Assembly: GCF_006345805.1 (NCBI RefSeq)
Contig: NC_043022.1
Span: 12,400,001 to 12,464,000 of the forward strand
Source of the DNA: Octopus sinensis
Lineage: Eukaryota
Length of the DNA: 64,000 bases
Reading direction: 5' to 3'
Position 1 is the first letter of the stretch. Every line of letters begins with the position of its first letter. Positions 12,120 to 24,214 of this stretch are shown here, piece by piece. The notes below the pieces were generated by a model. That model saw nothing but the letters and a program-made list of their open reading frames with translations. It was not told the DNA's origin and made no database searches. The position numbers and the translations under genes were made by a program.

Positions 12120-12572
12120 CTCATTTGGTCATGTGATGTATATGGATGAGGACAGTTGCCAAAAATGTGCCAGTCACTGAAAGTGGATGCGAGTTGTGGA
12201 AGAGGGAGGCCCAGGAAGACATGGGTCAAAGTATTGAAGACTAACCTCAAAACACTGAGCCTTATGAAAGAGGTAACAAAGGACTGCGATACCAGGCACA
12301 TTACTGTACTTGACCCACTATTGCAGAATTTGTCCACACCAGCAGAATAGGTGCTGCTAGTGCCACATAAAATGCACTAGTGCTGGTGCTACATAAAAAA
12401 AGTACCCAGAACATTTTATAGAGTGATTGACACTAAGAAGGGCAGCTGACTGTAGAAGCCATGCCAAAACTGATTATGGAACCTGGTGCTGTTCCTGGCC
12501 TTGCCAGCTCCTGTTAAACCGTCTAACCCATGCTGGCATGGAAAACAGATGTTAAATGATGATGATGGTGAT
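12120..12572 (+). mobile_element. RTE-clade LINE 3' end (ORF C-terminus, 3'UTR, (GAT)n tail)
   Basis: FGHVMYMDEDSC..CQSLKVDASCGRGRPRKTWVKVLKTNLKTL runs into the family E tail ending gttaaatgatgatgat. Confidence 0.85.
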
Positions 12573-12581
12573 TTACTGCTA

Positions 12582-12792
12582 GGCAGCGAGCTCGCAGAAA
12601 CATTAGCACGCCGGGCGAAATGCGTAGCCGTATTTCGTCTGCCGTTACATTCTGAGTTCAAATTCCGCCGAGGTCGACTTTGCCTTTCATCCTTTCGGGG
12701 TCAATAAATTAAGTACCAGTTACGCACTGGGGTCGATATCTAACCTTGTTTGTTCCCTCTGTGTTTAGCCCCTTGTGGGTAGTAAAGAAATA
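12582..12792 (+). mobile_element. SINE family B
   Basis: Matches 2064-2245 and 49005-49238. Confidence 0.9.
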
Positions 12793-12842
12793 ATTATTAA
12801 ACCAATAGCGTCATTAGTATTAAGACTACCATTAAAAGAGCT

Positions 12843-13063
12843 GGATGGAAACTGAAAGAAGCCTGTTGTGTGTGTGTGTGTTTGCATTTCCCTGTCATTA
12901 TTGTAAATGAATGAGTGTAATTTATTTCTAGTGTTTTTTTAAAACATGTCTGACCATAGGGAAATATTACCATTTTTTGGAAACAGGTGAGAAAAATCTA
13001 CTTCGATAAACTGTCTGACTCATGCAGACATGGAAAAGTGTAAATTAAAACAGTGATGATGAT
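12843..13063 (+). mobile_element. SINE family G fragment (family A body joined to an RTE-like GAT tail)
   Basis: gatggaaactgaaagaagcc...gaaatattacc...catggaaaagtg...gatgatgat; homologous to 60580-61010. Confidence 0.65.
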
Positions 13064-13759
13064 GTTGATAATGTATACACATATTTCAATAATCATGTAT
13101 ATAATATTTATAATGTATATGCAGTTGTAGAATGGCACTCACTGCAGTATTTCCTCTTGTAAAAACTTCTCAAAGAGATTTAGTTAGCACCATTCAACAT
13201 TTGTATATACATTATTAATGACACATCTTGTTATTTTAATCTAATGCTGTTACAGAGCATACATTAATTGAATTCTAGTCTGGTCTGTTTCCACGCAGTT
13301 CAGTGGATGTTTTATTTACTGGTTTTTATATTGCAACAAATATCTTATGGCATAGTTCAGAATGCCTGGTGGAGGGTGGTTGTCACTGAGGGGACCAACT
13401 GAGGTCAAAACACTGGTGTCTAATGGTCTGACAAGAATATTCTGAGTCAGCTTTGTTTTTTTAACATGCAAGTCTCTTTGAGAAGTTTTTCTCAGACAAA
13501 AGATTACAGCTAGTGCCAATCAACATTTGTTTTTAAATCATAAATATTTTGTGTGTGTGTGTGAGGGGATGCATGTATTTTATAATATACACAGACAACA
13601 TATATATCTATTTCAGCAAAATGACTGTCATTATTACACTAGGTAATTAGCCGGATGTCATAATACAATCAATTCACCTCTTCAATATTCACATCTCTAC
13701 TGACCTCAAAACTTTTGTTATATATCACATCTTTCATTGTACTTTTATACTACACTATA

Positions 13760-13945
13760 TGTGTTACCAGACATAGGCTCTTCCAGCAGCCACCCTCTTG
13801 ACCCAGGACAACACTATCTCCTCCAAGCACTTGATGTAGGCTTCCATGTTGAGTCTGAGGCTGTGTTGGAAGATGAATGGAGGCATAACATCGCTATCAC
13901 TAGTGATCACTCCAAACACCATGATGTTGACTGGATGTTTGATTT
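13760..13945 (-). pseudogene. maT/DD37D-type Tc1/mariner transposase fragment
   Basis: Minus strand reads KHPVNIMVFGVITSDSDVMPPFIFQHSLRLNMEAYIKCLEEIVLSWVKRVAAGRAYVW*Q. Confidence 0.75.
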
Positions 13946-14319
13946 TTATCAGACTCAGTACATGTCCTCAGATTACTCCCAAACACTCTGCCTGTCTTGC
14001 TGTGTACACCTTAGAGGTATTAATACCGTAGTGCTTGCTGTATAAATAACAAAGTAATATTGCAGAAAATGAATCAAAATATAACAAAACAATGTTGAAG
14101 AAAGTCAATAGGAACCTGTACGGTGATTTATAAATGTGCTTGAGTGAAAATTAGATCCTTGAACCTAGAATACACAGGTTCACACTAATAGCTACACGTC
14201 AATTTTAGTCAGCCAGGAAGTAAATCATTGGAGTGCAATTATTTCGTAATTAGTTGTAGTTACTCAAAAGGTTATGAATGAATAAGGGGGAACAATGGTC
14301 GGGGTTGGTACAGTAAAGC

Positions 14320-14860
14320 AGTGCTGCAGTGAAGCTGTTGCTGGTGTTGGGGATGGGAATGGTGGGGTGATGGCGGTGGCAGTGTGGGTGGTAATGGAAG
14401 GGTGGTGAAGGAGCAGCGGGGGAGGCAAGGGTGTTTGGTGGGACAGGGTGGGATGGAAGTTGTACAGTGATGGTGGTTGTTGTGGTGCTGATGGTGAGAT
14501 GACGATGGGGTGAGGGTGGTGGTGGTGGTGGTGGTTGATGGGGATGGTAGCAGAAGAATGATGGTGGGTGTGATGGGGGTGAGGTGCTGGGTGGAATAGT
14601 GGGATGGAGTGGAATTGAAGTGGTAGGGTGATGGTAGTGATGGGGTGGTGGTGATGGTTGTGATATAGTAGGGTAGCTGACATCATAGTAGCTTTGGTAA
14701 CGGTGGTGGTGTTGTTGTTGCTGACACTAAAAATTGTAGTAGAGGCAGCAATTGTGGTGACAACATTGTCACCAGTGTTGTTGTTGTTGTTGACAGTAGT
14801 GGTGGTAGTGGTGATGGAGATGTAGATGCGATAATTGTGGTGTAGTGGTGGTAGTGGACA
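14320..14860. repeat. Degenerate (GGT)n/(GAT)n low-complexity tract
   Basis: Seen directly. Confidence 0.85.
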
Positions 14861-15978
14861 CTGTCCCTCTATCTAGACCCAGCAAAAAAAAAAAAAAAGA
14901 ATACATTTATGCCATTAACACAGAAATAAATAACGGCCATTAAAATACTTTCTCTTATTGCCTCCATCTTTGAAAAAGTTGAAAAAAAATGGTCGAAAAT
15001 TTTAAAAAAAACAAAAAAAAAGAATGAAGAATAAATAAATAAATTTACATAAAACTTTATCACGTGACTCTCTTAACTCGTGGAAATTGTGATTTTTAGA
15101 TGTTTCATGGGTTGTCGTAGTCGTCATTTTCTTCTTTTTAGCTGTTGTTGTTGTTCTTCTTCTTCTTCTTCTCCTTCTCCCCCTCTTGTACCACCACCAC
15201 CACCACCACCACCACACCAATACATTTATTTATATATTCTGTTTAATACATATCAAAAATTTTCGTTTCATGTCAACGTTATATTGAAAATTCTAAATAA
15301 ATGTTTTCTATACAAAACAACTCACGACACAACCACCCCGCCACCCTCCTTCCCCCCCCACCCTTCGCCCAGCCTCTCTACACCATCCCATCCCATCCCC
15401 CCACCAGCTTCACTCTTCTACCACCAGCCTCCCCACCTTCCTCACCGAAACGACTCTGCCACTTCAAAAATTGCTTACATAGAAATCAAAAAAACTACAA
15501 AAGTTCGATTAATTTGCTGTGGAAATTCTAAATTATTGATAAATATCTGTAAAACTGTTAACACCATGCCCACCCTCACTGTAACCCCCCCCCCCGGTTC
15601 CATTGCTTTAAATCTTCTCATACTTCGGTACCACCTTTCATGGTACCAACACCCCTTACCCCTGTCACTTCCACTCAAACATATGTTTAGCATATCAATA
15701 ATACAAGTGGTCTGCAACATTACAAAATAATACTACTAATAATAATATAGTGATGGTGGTGGTGGTGGTGGCGGCACTGGTGGTGGTGGTGGCGGTGGTG
15801 GTTGTGGTAATGTGAAGTGGATTTAATGAACCCTCAATGTTGTAAATACGCAAATTGAGAGAATTCTTAGCAACACTCAGTTGAGTATAGATCACTGTGT
15901 GTGTAATATATATATATATATACACACACAAACACACACATACAAACATTTATACATGTATATCCATATATATGTAGT

Positions 15979-16015
<37 letters not shown>

Positions 16016-16271
16016 GTGTGTGTGTATATATATATATACAGACGCACATACATACATATATATGAGTGTGTGTGTGTTTATTAATTATATATAAAATATA
16101 TATAACTATGTATTTTTATTTTTCTCCAATCTCTGAACATATATACATACATAAGACATACTTACATATATGCATGCGTACAAACATACACATGCACATA
16201 TATATATGTACATACATACATGTGTGTGTGTGTGTGTGTGTGTGCATCCATATGTATGCATATGTAAGAGA

Positions 16272-16404
16272 TAGGATAGATGGATGGATGGATGGATGGA
16301 TAGATAGATAGAGACAGACAGATAGATAGATAGATTGGTAGGTAGATACAGACAGATAGACAGACAGATAGATAGATAGATAGAGAGAGAGAGGAGATAG
16401 AGAC

Positions 16405-16451
<47 letters not shown>

Positions 16452-16566
16452 GACAGATAGATAGATAGAGACAGACAGACAGATAGATAGATAGATATGT
16501 AGACAGATATATATAGATAGATAGATAGATAGATAGTTAGAGACAGACAAACAGATAGATAGATAG
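16272..16566. repeat. (GGAT)n/(GATA)n/(GACA)n tetranucleotide array
   Basis: Seen directly. Confidence 0.95.
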
Positions 16567-17133
16567 ATTTACATTGACTCTAAGAAAACATTCATTCTGA
16601 TTTCAAATCAGATTTTGTGAGTTTATTTGTGAGATTTTTATTTCCTTTAATTCACACCATTATTGGAAAGTGATGTCGTGGTGGTGGGGAGTGGGTTGGG
16701 TGGAGGTGACAGTGTCCACCTACACACGCATACACGCACACAGAATACACAGACATATTGACACACATAGATAATCGCACGAGTACACACACATATACAC
16801 ATGCATGCACACAGACATACATGTAGCAAATATGGAGTGGGTGGGAGTTGTGCAGGTGGACAGTTTGGACATGTGGGATGTAGCTCAACCCCATACATAA
16901 ACATATATATTGACACACACATGCACGCACACACACACACATACACACACATACACATTTATACATACATACACAATTCTATTTCTATAATCGGTAGAGT
17001 GTTTTGAAAGTGACTCGAGGGACTTGAGTTTCGTGCATGGCATTTATCAAGCTGACTTAAAGTCTGGGAGTTCATTCTTGCATGGGATGAATTACAATCC
17101 TTTCCAGAATGTTCAATTAATGTGTGTGTGTGT

Positions 17134-17180
<47 letters not shown>

Positions 17181-17407
17181 TTAAAATTGATTTTGCATGA
17201 AGTTGTATATAAAATTAATTTAAACCAAGAGATTACTCAGTATATTAAATAAGAACAGAATCAATATTTAGCAAATTTTCACATGGAAAAGGATGATAGT
17301 GACTTCGAAATTGATGATGGCAGGCAAGCAGAAGCTTAGTTATGTCAGCCTTTCCTTTGTAAAAAATTAATACATACATACCTGCATACATTCTTGCATA
17401 TTTATAT

Positions 17408-17410
<3 letters not shown>

Positions 17411-17470
<60 letters not shown>

Positions 17471-17488
17471 TATATATATGTATATATA

Positions 17489-17554
<66 letters not shown>
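17411..17554. repeat. Long interrupted (TA)n microsatellite
   Basis: Seen directly. Confidence 0.95.
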
Positions 17555-17559
<5 letters not shown>

Positions 17560-17565
<6 letters not shown>

Positions 17566-17725
17566 GTGGTTGGCGTTAGGAAGGGCATCCAGCTGTAGAA
17601 ACATTGCCAGATAAGATGGAGCCTGGTGCAGCCTTCTGGCTTCCCTGATCCCCGGTCGAACCGTCCAACCCATGCTAGCATGGAGAACGGACGTTGAACG
17701 ATGATGATGATGATGATGATGATGA
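17560..17725 (+). mobile_element. Family E: 5'-truncated RTE-LINE 3'UTR with (GAT)n tail
   Basis: gttggcgttaggaagggcatccagctgtagaaac...cccatgctagcatgga...gatgatgat. Confidence 0.85.
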
Positions 17726-17853
17726 CATACCATACATTACATACATACATACATACATACAAACATATACATACGTACGTACATACATACATACATACAC
17801 ACATACATACATACATACTTATACATAAATACATACATACATACACACATGCA

Positions 17854-18129
17854 CAGCGCTGCCTTGACTGGCTTCTGTGCCGGTGACACGTAAAAAGCAC
17901 CAACCGATCGTGGCCACTGCTAGACTCCCCTGGCCCCTGTGCCGGTGGCACGTAAAAAGCACCCACTACACTCACAGGGTGGTTGGCATTAAGAAGGGCA
18001 TCCAGCTGTAGAAACACTGCCAGATCAGACTGGAGCCTCGTGCAGCCTTCTGGCTTCCCAGACCCCAGTCGAACCGTCCAACCCATGCTACCACTGAAAA
18101 CGGACGTTAAACGATGATGATGATGATGA
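17854..18129 (+). mobile_element. Family E: RTE-LINE 3'UTR copy
   Basis: Two gtgccggtg(g/a)cacgtaaaaagcacc units plus tail; highly similar to 58698-58984. Confidence 0.88.
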
Positions 18130-18201
18130 TACATACATAAATACATGCATGCATACATACATACATACATACATACACACATACATACATACATACACAC
18201 A

Positions 18202-18232
<31 letters not shown>

Positions 18233-18234
18233 GT

Positions 18235-18581
18235 ATGGTAGAAGCCATAGCCACTCATAATAAAAAGGAGTACTGGTGGAATGTCTCAGTGAATACCTCA
18301 ATAAAATGTAAGCACAACAGACTTGATATAATGTTTTGGGATAGAGAAGAGAAACTGTGTACAGTTGTGGAAATTAGCCTCCCAACGGATGTTACTCTAA
18401 AGTTGAAGATCCCTGAAAAAAGAATAGCTATGCTGAACTATTGAGAAGTTTGCAGTTACTTTATCCAAATTATCAGTTCAGGTTTATACCTGTAATTATT
18501 GGGGCCCTGGGATATGTAACACACTGCCTAAATGCCAATCTTGAGAAATTAGGCTTCTCAAAACCAGAAAAGAGAAAGCTA
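18235..18581 (+). pseudogene. Restriction-like endonuclease domain remnant of an R2-group (R4/NeSL-like) non-LTR element
   Basis: YWWNVSVNTSIKCKHNRLDIMFWDREEKLCTVVEISLPTD...EK, frameshift, then LRSLQLLYPNYQFRFIPVIIGALG; fits the NRPD..E..P.D..EK..Y pattern. Confidence 0.8.
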
Positions 18582-18753
18582 AGCCTTGACTGGCTTCTGT
18601 GCCGGTGGCACCTAAAAAGCACCTACTGATTGTGGCTGTTACCAGCCTCCTCTGCCAGATCAGACTGGAGCCTGGTGCAGCCTCCTGGCTTCCCAGATCC
18701 CAGTCGAACTGTCCAACCCATGCTATCATGGAAAACAGACGTTAAACGATGAT
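18582..18753 (+). mobile_element. Family E copy with internal deletion
   Basis: gccttgactggcttctgtgccggtggcac...gacgttaaacgatgat. Confidence 0.85.
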
Positions 18754-19467
18754 ATACTCAGACATACATATACTAATACAAACAACATGGGGAAAATTTG
18801 ATCTTTATGTGAAATTGTCCAGTTTAGCAATCAAATCATTATGCATCACTGCGGAAGTGAGATCAATTCTAACTAATTTTTGTTTTGTCTATTTGTTTTT
18901 TATTTATTTATTTACGTCATCATTTAGCTTTTTCATTCTTAATTGCTTAATTTTTAATATCGCAACACCTCTCCACACCATTTCACACTCTCCTTCATCT
19001 TATCCCCTCCCTCTTCACTTCCCTGTATCCACCCCAATTTCACTATCAGATGGCGCCACTTTTGATTAACGCTATCATTATTTCATAACACATTTGTTGA
19101 AATGGATACTCTGACATCTTCACCACCACCATCATCATCATCATCTTCACCACCATCTCATTATCATCATTATCATCATCACTGACATCATCATCATCAC
19201 CACTACTCTCATCATCATCAGCATTATTTTTTTTTCTCCTTCTTGGTCATCAATATTTCACTTTTAGCTGTTACAGTGAGATAAAATAACAGTTGTCAGG
19301 TCTTAGATGTAAGATGAAAATTGCTCATAGCCAACAATATATAATAGCATTATTTCATAAATTTAATGAAGTACAGTGACAAACAATACATACATACAAA
19401 ATTAAGAATTTTTCATCTAGTGCTGAAGAATGTTTATGTATCTTCTATATACACATAGATATATGCA

Positions 19468-19858
19468 TCTCTCTATATAAAGCTGAAGTTGTCTGTGTGT
19501 GGCAGGTTTGGTAGCCTTCAACTAACACTATCTCCTCCGAGACCCTGTGGCGCAAGCTGACCAAAATTGAGTGTATGATAGAAGAAGGCTTGCTCTTCAT
19601 TCTGTAGAAGAAAAAATTCAAATTGGACCATGTTAACACCAAAAATTATTTACATCAAAAAGGTGCTTTTTTTCTATGAAAATCCCAATTTTTATACGAT
19701 TTTTTTACTGCCATGTCGCCATTTTTCGGTGTATTTCAACCAGAAAAATGTTCACTTAAAGAGAATAACCAGATACATAATGGAAAATTTTTACTTTTCA
19801 AAAATTCCAATTCTAAAGGGTTGAAACAAACCCGAGCAACGCCGGGCAATACTGCTAG
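19468..19858 (+). mobile_element. Non-autonomous Helitron
   Basis: A|TCtctctatataaag 5' end; subterminal hairpin cccgagcaacgccggg; CTAG|T 3' end. Confidence 0.85.
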
Positions 19859-19863
19859 TATAT

Positions 19864-20190
19864 TAGGAGCACTCCGTCGGTTACGACGACGAGGGTCCCA
19901 GCTGATACGATCAACAGAACAGCCTGCTTGTGAAATTAACGTGCAAGTGGCTGAGCACTCCACAGACACGTGTACCCTTAACGTAGTTCTCAGGGAGATT
20001 CAGCGTGACATACAGTGTGACAAGGCCGGCCCTTTGAAATACAGGTACAACTCATTTTTGCCAGCTGAGTGGACTGGAGCAACATGAAATAAAGTGTCTT
20101 GCTCAAGGACACAACGCGTCGCTTGGAATCGAATTCACGACCTTACAATCGTGAGCCGAATGCCCTAACCACTAAGCCACGCGCCTTCAC
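19864..20190 (-). mobile_element. SINE family C (tRNA head, CORE-like domain; possibly octopus OR2-type)
   Basis: Minus strand: tggcttagtgg A box, gaattcgattcc B box, ccttgagcaagacacttt CORE-like motif. TSD actgctagtatat (19851-19863, 20191-20203). Confidence 0.9.
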
Positions 20191-20896
20191 ACTGCTAGTA
20201 TATAATAAGCAAGAAAATGTAAAAATATAATATGTTCACACAATAAATGCTGAGAACAAACTTAGTGTTTAAAATCTGATGTTGAGTGAAGGAGTACAAG
20301 ATCTGTGGAAATGAGTTGATTATAAGCAAATATACAAGTCAAATTGATGTAGGTATAAGAGACTAAAAGATGGACAGCCAGTTGGCAGATCAACAAAAAT
20401 CTAAGATATCTAGGTTGAATAAGCATGAAGAACTTCTCAAATTCTCTTCTATCTCATCGATGACATTTTCTGCATCTGTACCTGTCTATGTTGAATCACT
20501 ATAAAGTTTCATTCATTATTTGGATTCTCTTGGTTTTCTGCTAAATTTATATGTTTGTGTACTCATTTCTCTATGAATATGGTCCAAATGATTTGCTGCC
20601 TTACAACTGCCTGTCCATCATTTATTCTCTTATGCTATATGTGAGTACATATGTGTGTTAGTGTAATGGGAAAGTTTGTATAATTTAAGAACTGTCACTT
20701 CAGTTTTGCTTATTCTGCTATGTATTCTATGATCTTTCTAACTGTGGAGACCAACGAAAGGAAACTCGGGTTATAATACATGATTTCTCTTCACAGTTGT
20801 TTTCTTTCAATGTATAATGATGCACATGAAGTTTGAAATGCTTGTCACAATGTCAAGCAATATAACTCACACTATATATATATATATATATATATA

Positions 20897-21298
20897 GGCA
20901 CAGGAGTGGCTGTGTGGTAAGTAGCTTGTTTACGAACCACATGGTTCTGGGTTCAGTCCCACTGCGTGGCACCTTGGGTAAGTATCTTCTACTATAGCCT
21001 CGGGCCGACCAAAGCCTTGTGAGTGGATTTGGTAGACGGAAACTGAAAGAAGCCCGTCGTATATATGTATATATATGTATGTGTGTGTATGTGTTTGTGT
21101 ATCTGTGTTTGTCCCCCTAGCATTGCTTGACAACCGATGCTGGTGTGTTTATGTCCCCGTCACCTAGCGGTTCGGCAAAAGAGACTGATAGAATAAGTAC
21201 TGGGCTTACAAAGAATAAGTCCTGGGGTCGAGTTGCTCAATTAAAGGCGGTGCTCCAGCATGGCCTCAGTCAAAATGACTGAAACAAGTAAAAAGAGA
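20897..21298 (+). mobile_element. SINE family A, full length
   Basis: Complete head, internal (TA)/(TG) tract, tail gaaacaagtaaaaagag. Confidence 0.95.
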
Positions 21299-21332
21299 TT
21301 AAAAAAAAAGATATATATATATATGTTTTATA

Positions 21333-21663
21333 TGTGGTAAGTAGCTTGTTTACCAACCACATGGTTCCGGGTTCAGTCCCACAGTGTGGCACTTTGGGCA
21401 AGTGTCTTCTGCTATAGCCTCGGGACAACCAAAGCCTTGTGACTGGATTTGGTAGACGGAAGCTGAAAGAAGCCCGTCGTGTGTGTGTATATGTTTGTGT
21501 GTCTGTGTTTGTCACCCCAACATCGCTTGACAAATAATGATGGTGTGTTTATGTCCCCATAACTTAGCGGTTTGGCAAAAGAGACCGATAGAATAAGTAA
21601 TAAGCTTCCAAAGAATAAGTCCTGGGGTCAATTTGCTCGACTAAAGGCAGTGCTCCAGCATGG
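21333..21663 (+). mobile_element. SINE family A, second tandem copy truncated at both ends
   Basis: Co-linear with the preceding copy. Confidence 0.92.
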
Positions 21664-21683
21664 ATAAATGTCCTAGATAAATA

Positions 21684-23313
21684 TAGTGTTGGCATCTAAT
21701 CTAAGCACGCTAGTATACTAATGTTAAAATGGCTATTTTTATATATTCAAGTTGTAAATTGTGAATTAACATGTATATCAAAATAAAGAAAATTTCACCA
21801 GTTTTAATATGGTCTACTGCTTTACAGCATGACATCAACATATTATTTTAAATTGAAAATAAACTTTATATTTCATAATTTACGTTGCCACTTAGAAAAT
21901 TTGCAAAATTTCGTTTTTTTTTTTTTTTTTGCCTTATTGACTAATATAAATGTAGGGTAACTTGCATGCTGTTACAATTTTTAAGTTACTTAATAGTTAT
22001 GATGAGTAAAAGACAAAACTTAACACCAGAAACCAGAGCAAGGGTCGTTCAGTTTAGTAGGCTGAAATGGCCATATAAAGCTATTTCAAATGAAGTCAGA
22101 TGCTCTAAGACAACCATCTACAACACTGTCCATCTTTATAAAGAAACTAATGATTATAAAGACTGCTCTGGACCTGGGCAACCAAGAAAAACAACAGCAA
22201 GAATGGATAGATACATTCATAGTGTATCAATATCCACATTTGACATTTTAAAAGAAATTTGGCAAAAATATAGACTTAGCATTGGAGTGTCCACCATAAA
22301 AAACCATCTCAAAAAGTTTGGACTTTTAAGAAGAGTCTCTCGCAAAAAAGCCACACATTTCTTTAAAAAATTGACATGCCTGAATACAGTTCACAAAAGA
22401 GCATTTGAATTGGAGTCCAACAGATTGGTCAAATGTGTTGTGGTCAGACGAGTCAAAGTTCATCTTGTTCAGCAGTGATGGTAGGAAGTATGTAAGAAGG
22501 TGTAAAGGTGAAGAATGTCATCCAGAATGCATCTGACCTACAATTAAGCATGGTGGTGGAAGTGTGATGGTGTGGGGGTGCATGTCTGGAAAAGGGCTTG
22601 GTCCTATAATTCAAATTAAGGGCATTATGGATAGTAAGTCCTATTTAGGAATATTGAATAAGACTATGCTTCCATACACCCGAAAGCATTTGGGCTGATC
22701 TTGGACTTTCCAGCATGACAACGACCGGAAACACACCTCACACCTAGTCAGAGATTACATTAGATCTAAGTGAGTTCAATTGATGCAGTGACTGGTGCAG
22801 TCACCTGACCTAAATCCCATTAAAAATCTTTTGGGAAAGGTTGGGTAGAACTTTGCAAAGTAATAAGCCAAAGAATAAGGATGATTTTTTAAACATTATT
22901 AACCAAAATTGTGAAAGCATCTCAGGAGCAGTGATAAATGATCTGAACAATTCTATGTTTCACAGATGCAAAGTAGTTTTAAGTAATTTTGTATATCTTA
23001 CAAAATACTAATTGTGTGAGCTTATTATTGTTATTTTGTTGATCTCAGAATAAACTGTTTAAAAGCAAAAAAAAATGAAATTTTACAAATCATTCTTAAA
23101 TTAATTGGCGTTATAAATTACAACAATTAAGATTTATTTTTGATTTAAAATTGATATGTTGATGTTATGCTGTAAAGTTGTATACAATATTAAAGCTCAT
23201 GAAAATTTCTTTATTTTGATATACATCTTAATTCACAGCTTACAAATTGAATATATAAAAAATGCCATTTTAACATTAGTATACAAACGTTCTTAAATTA
23301 AATGGTGCCACTG
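21684..23313 (+). mobile_element. Full-length Tc1-family (DD34E) DNA transposon relic with ~230-bp inverted repeats
   Basis: TA-(t)agtg...cactg-TA ends; long TIRs (gtatactaatgttaaaatggc / gccattttaacattagtatac etc.); 1630 bp. Confidence 0.92.
21999..23011 (+). pseudogene. Tc1 transposase pseudogene
   Basis: HTH N-terminus (ORF 21966-22478), then frameshifted VLWSDESKF, KHGGGSVMVWGCM, FQHDNDRKH, SPDLNPI, TKY*; several stops. Confidence 0.92.
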
Positions 23314-23409
23314 TATGTATGTACGTATGTATGAACAACATGTTAAATGATGATGATATATTTATGTGTGTGTGTGTGTGTGTGTGGAAAACAAATGTTA
23401 AGTGATGAT

Positions 23410-23797
23410 CAGTAGTCGGAGTTACTCAGATCCGATCATCAGCTGATAAACGAAGCCTGGTTTTCATTTGATTAAATATGTTTTGAAAAACGAAATGAAA
23501 ATTTGAAAGGAACCCTTATCCTTATGTACTTTTATTTAAAAACCCATGTGAATGATGTGTGAAAACAGCTCATGCTTTTGATTTCTCTTTTGGTTCTCAT
23601 GGTAATATTATTAGAAACATCACAAACTCCATACAAGCAAAGTCATGAAATTGTGTTGCTTTTATAAGCAATGTTTCAAAATAATACTTATAATTAATTC
23701 TTTTTTAATTAATGTTTTTTAAAAACAATGAGTATGTATGTCGTTGTTCATTTTGCATGCATCTATGTGGATGCATACATATACACACATTTACACT

Positions 23798-23835
<38 letters not shown>

Positions 23836-24127
23836 TATATACACAGAATTATATATTCATGTATACATATATACCTATGCATGTACACACACACACACTA
23901 AAACATATATCAATAAAACCTATTTATTAAAAATTTCGAAAACTGTTTTTTTTTTCTGAACCAAAACAAAATTCAAGGTAGCTTGTATTTGCATAAAAGA
24001 TACTTAGTTATGTTTTCTTCAAATTTTCATTTCATATCTCAAAAAATATTCAGACAGTGGATATTTCAAAAGAAAAGCAGGCTTGGTTTACTACCTGAGG
24101 AGCAGAAATGAGTAACTCTGGGCTCTG
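23410..24127. mobile_element. Old long-TIR non-autonomous DNA element (CAG...CTG ends)
   Basis: 23410-~23540 aligns with the reverse complement of ~23985-24127 (gagttactca, taaac.aagcctg.tttt, gaaatgaaaatttgaa). TSD not recognisable. Confidence 0.65.
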
Positions 24128-24214
24128 GAAATCACAACCTTTCAGTTATTATGTGTTAAAGAATACTCTACATTTATATTGAGTCCCATAATTTATTACT
24201 TCTGGTGAATCAAC

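Noticed and set aside
20740-20775. ctgtgga-gacc..gg-aaactcgggtta hammerhead-like string
   Set aside because: Needs several substitutions and a deletion; too degenerate to support.
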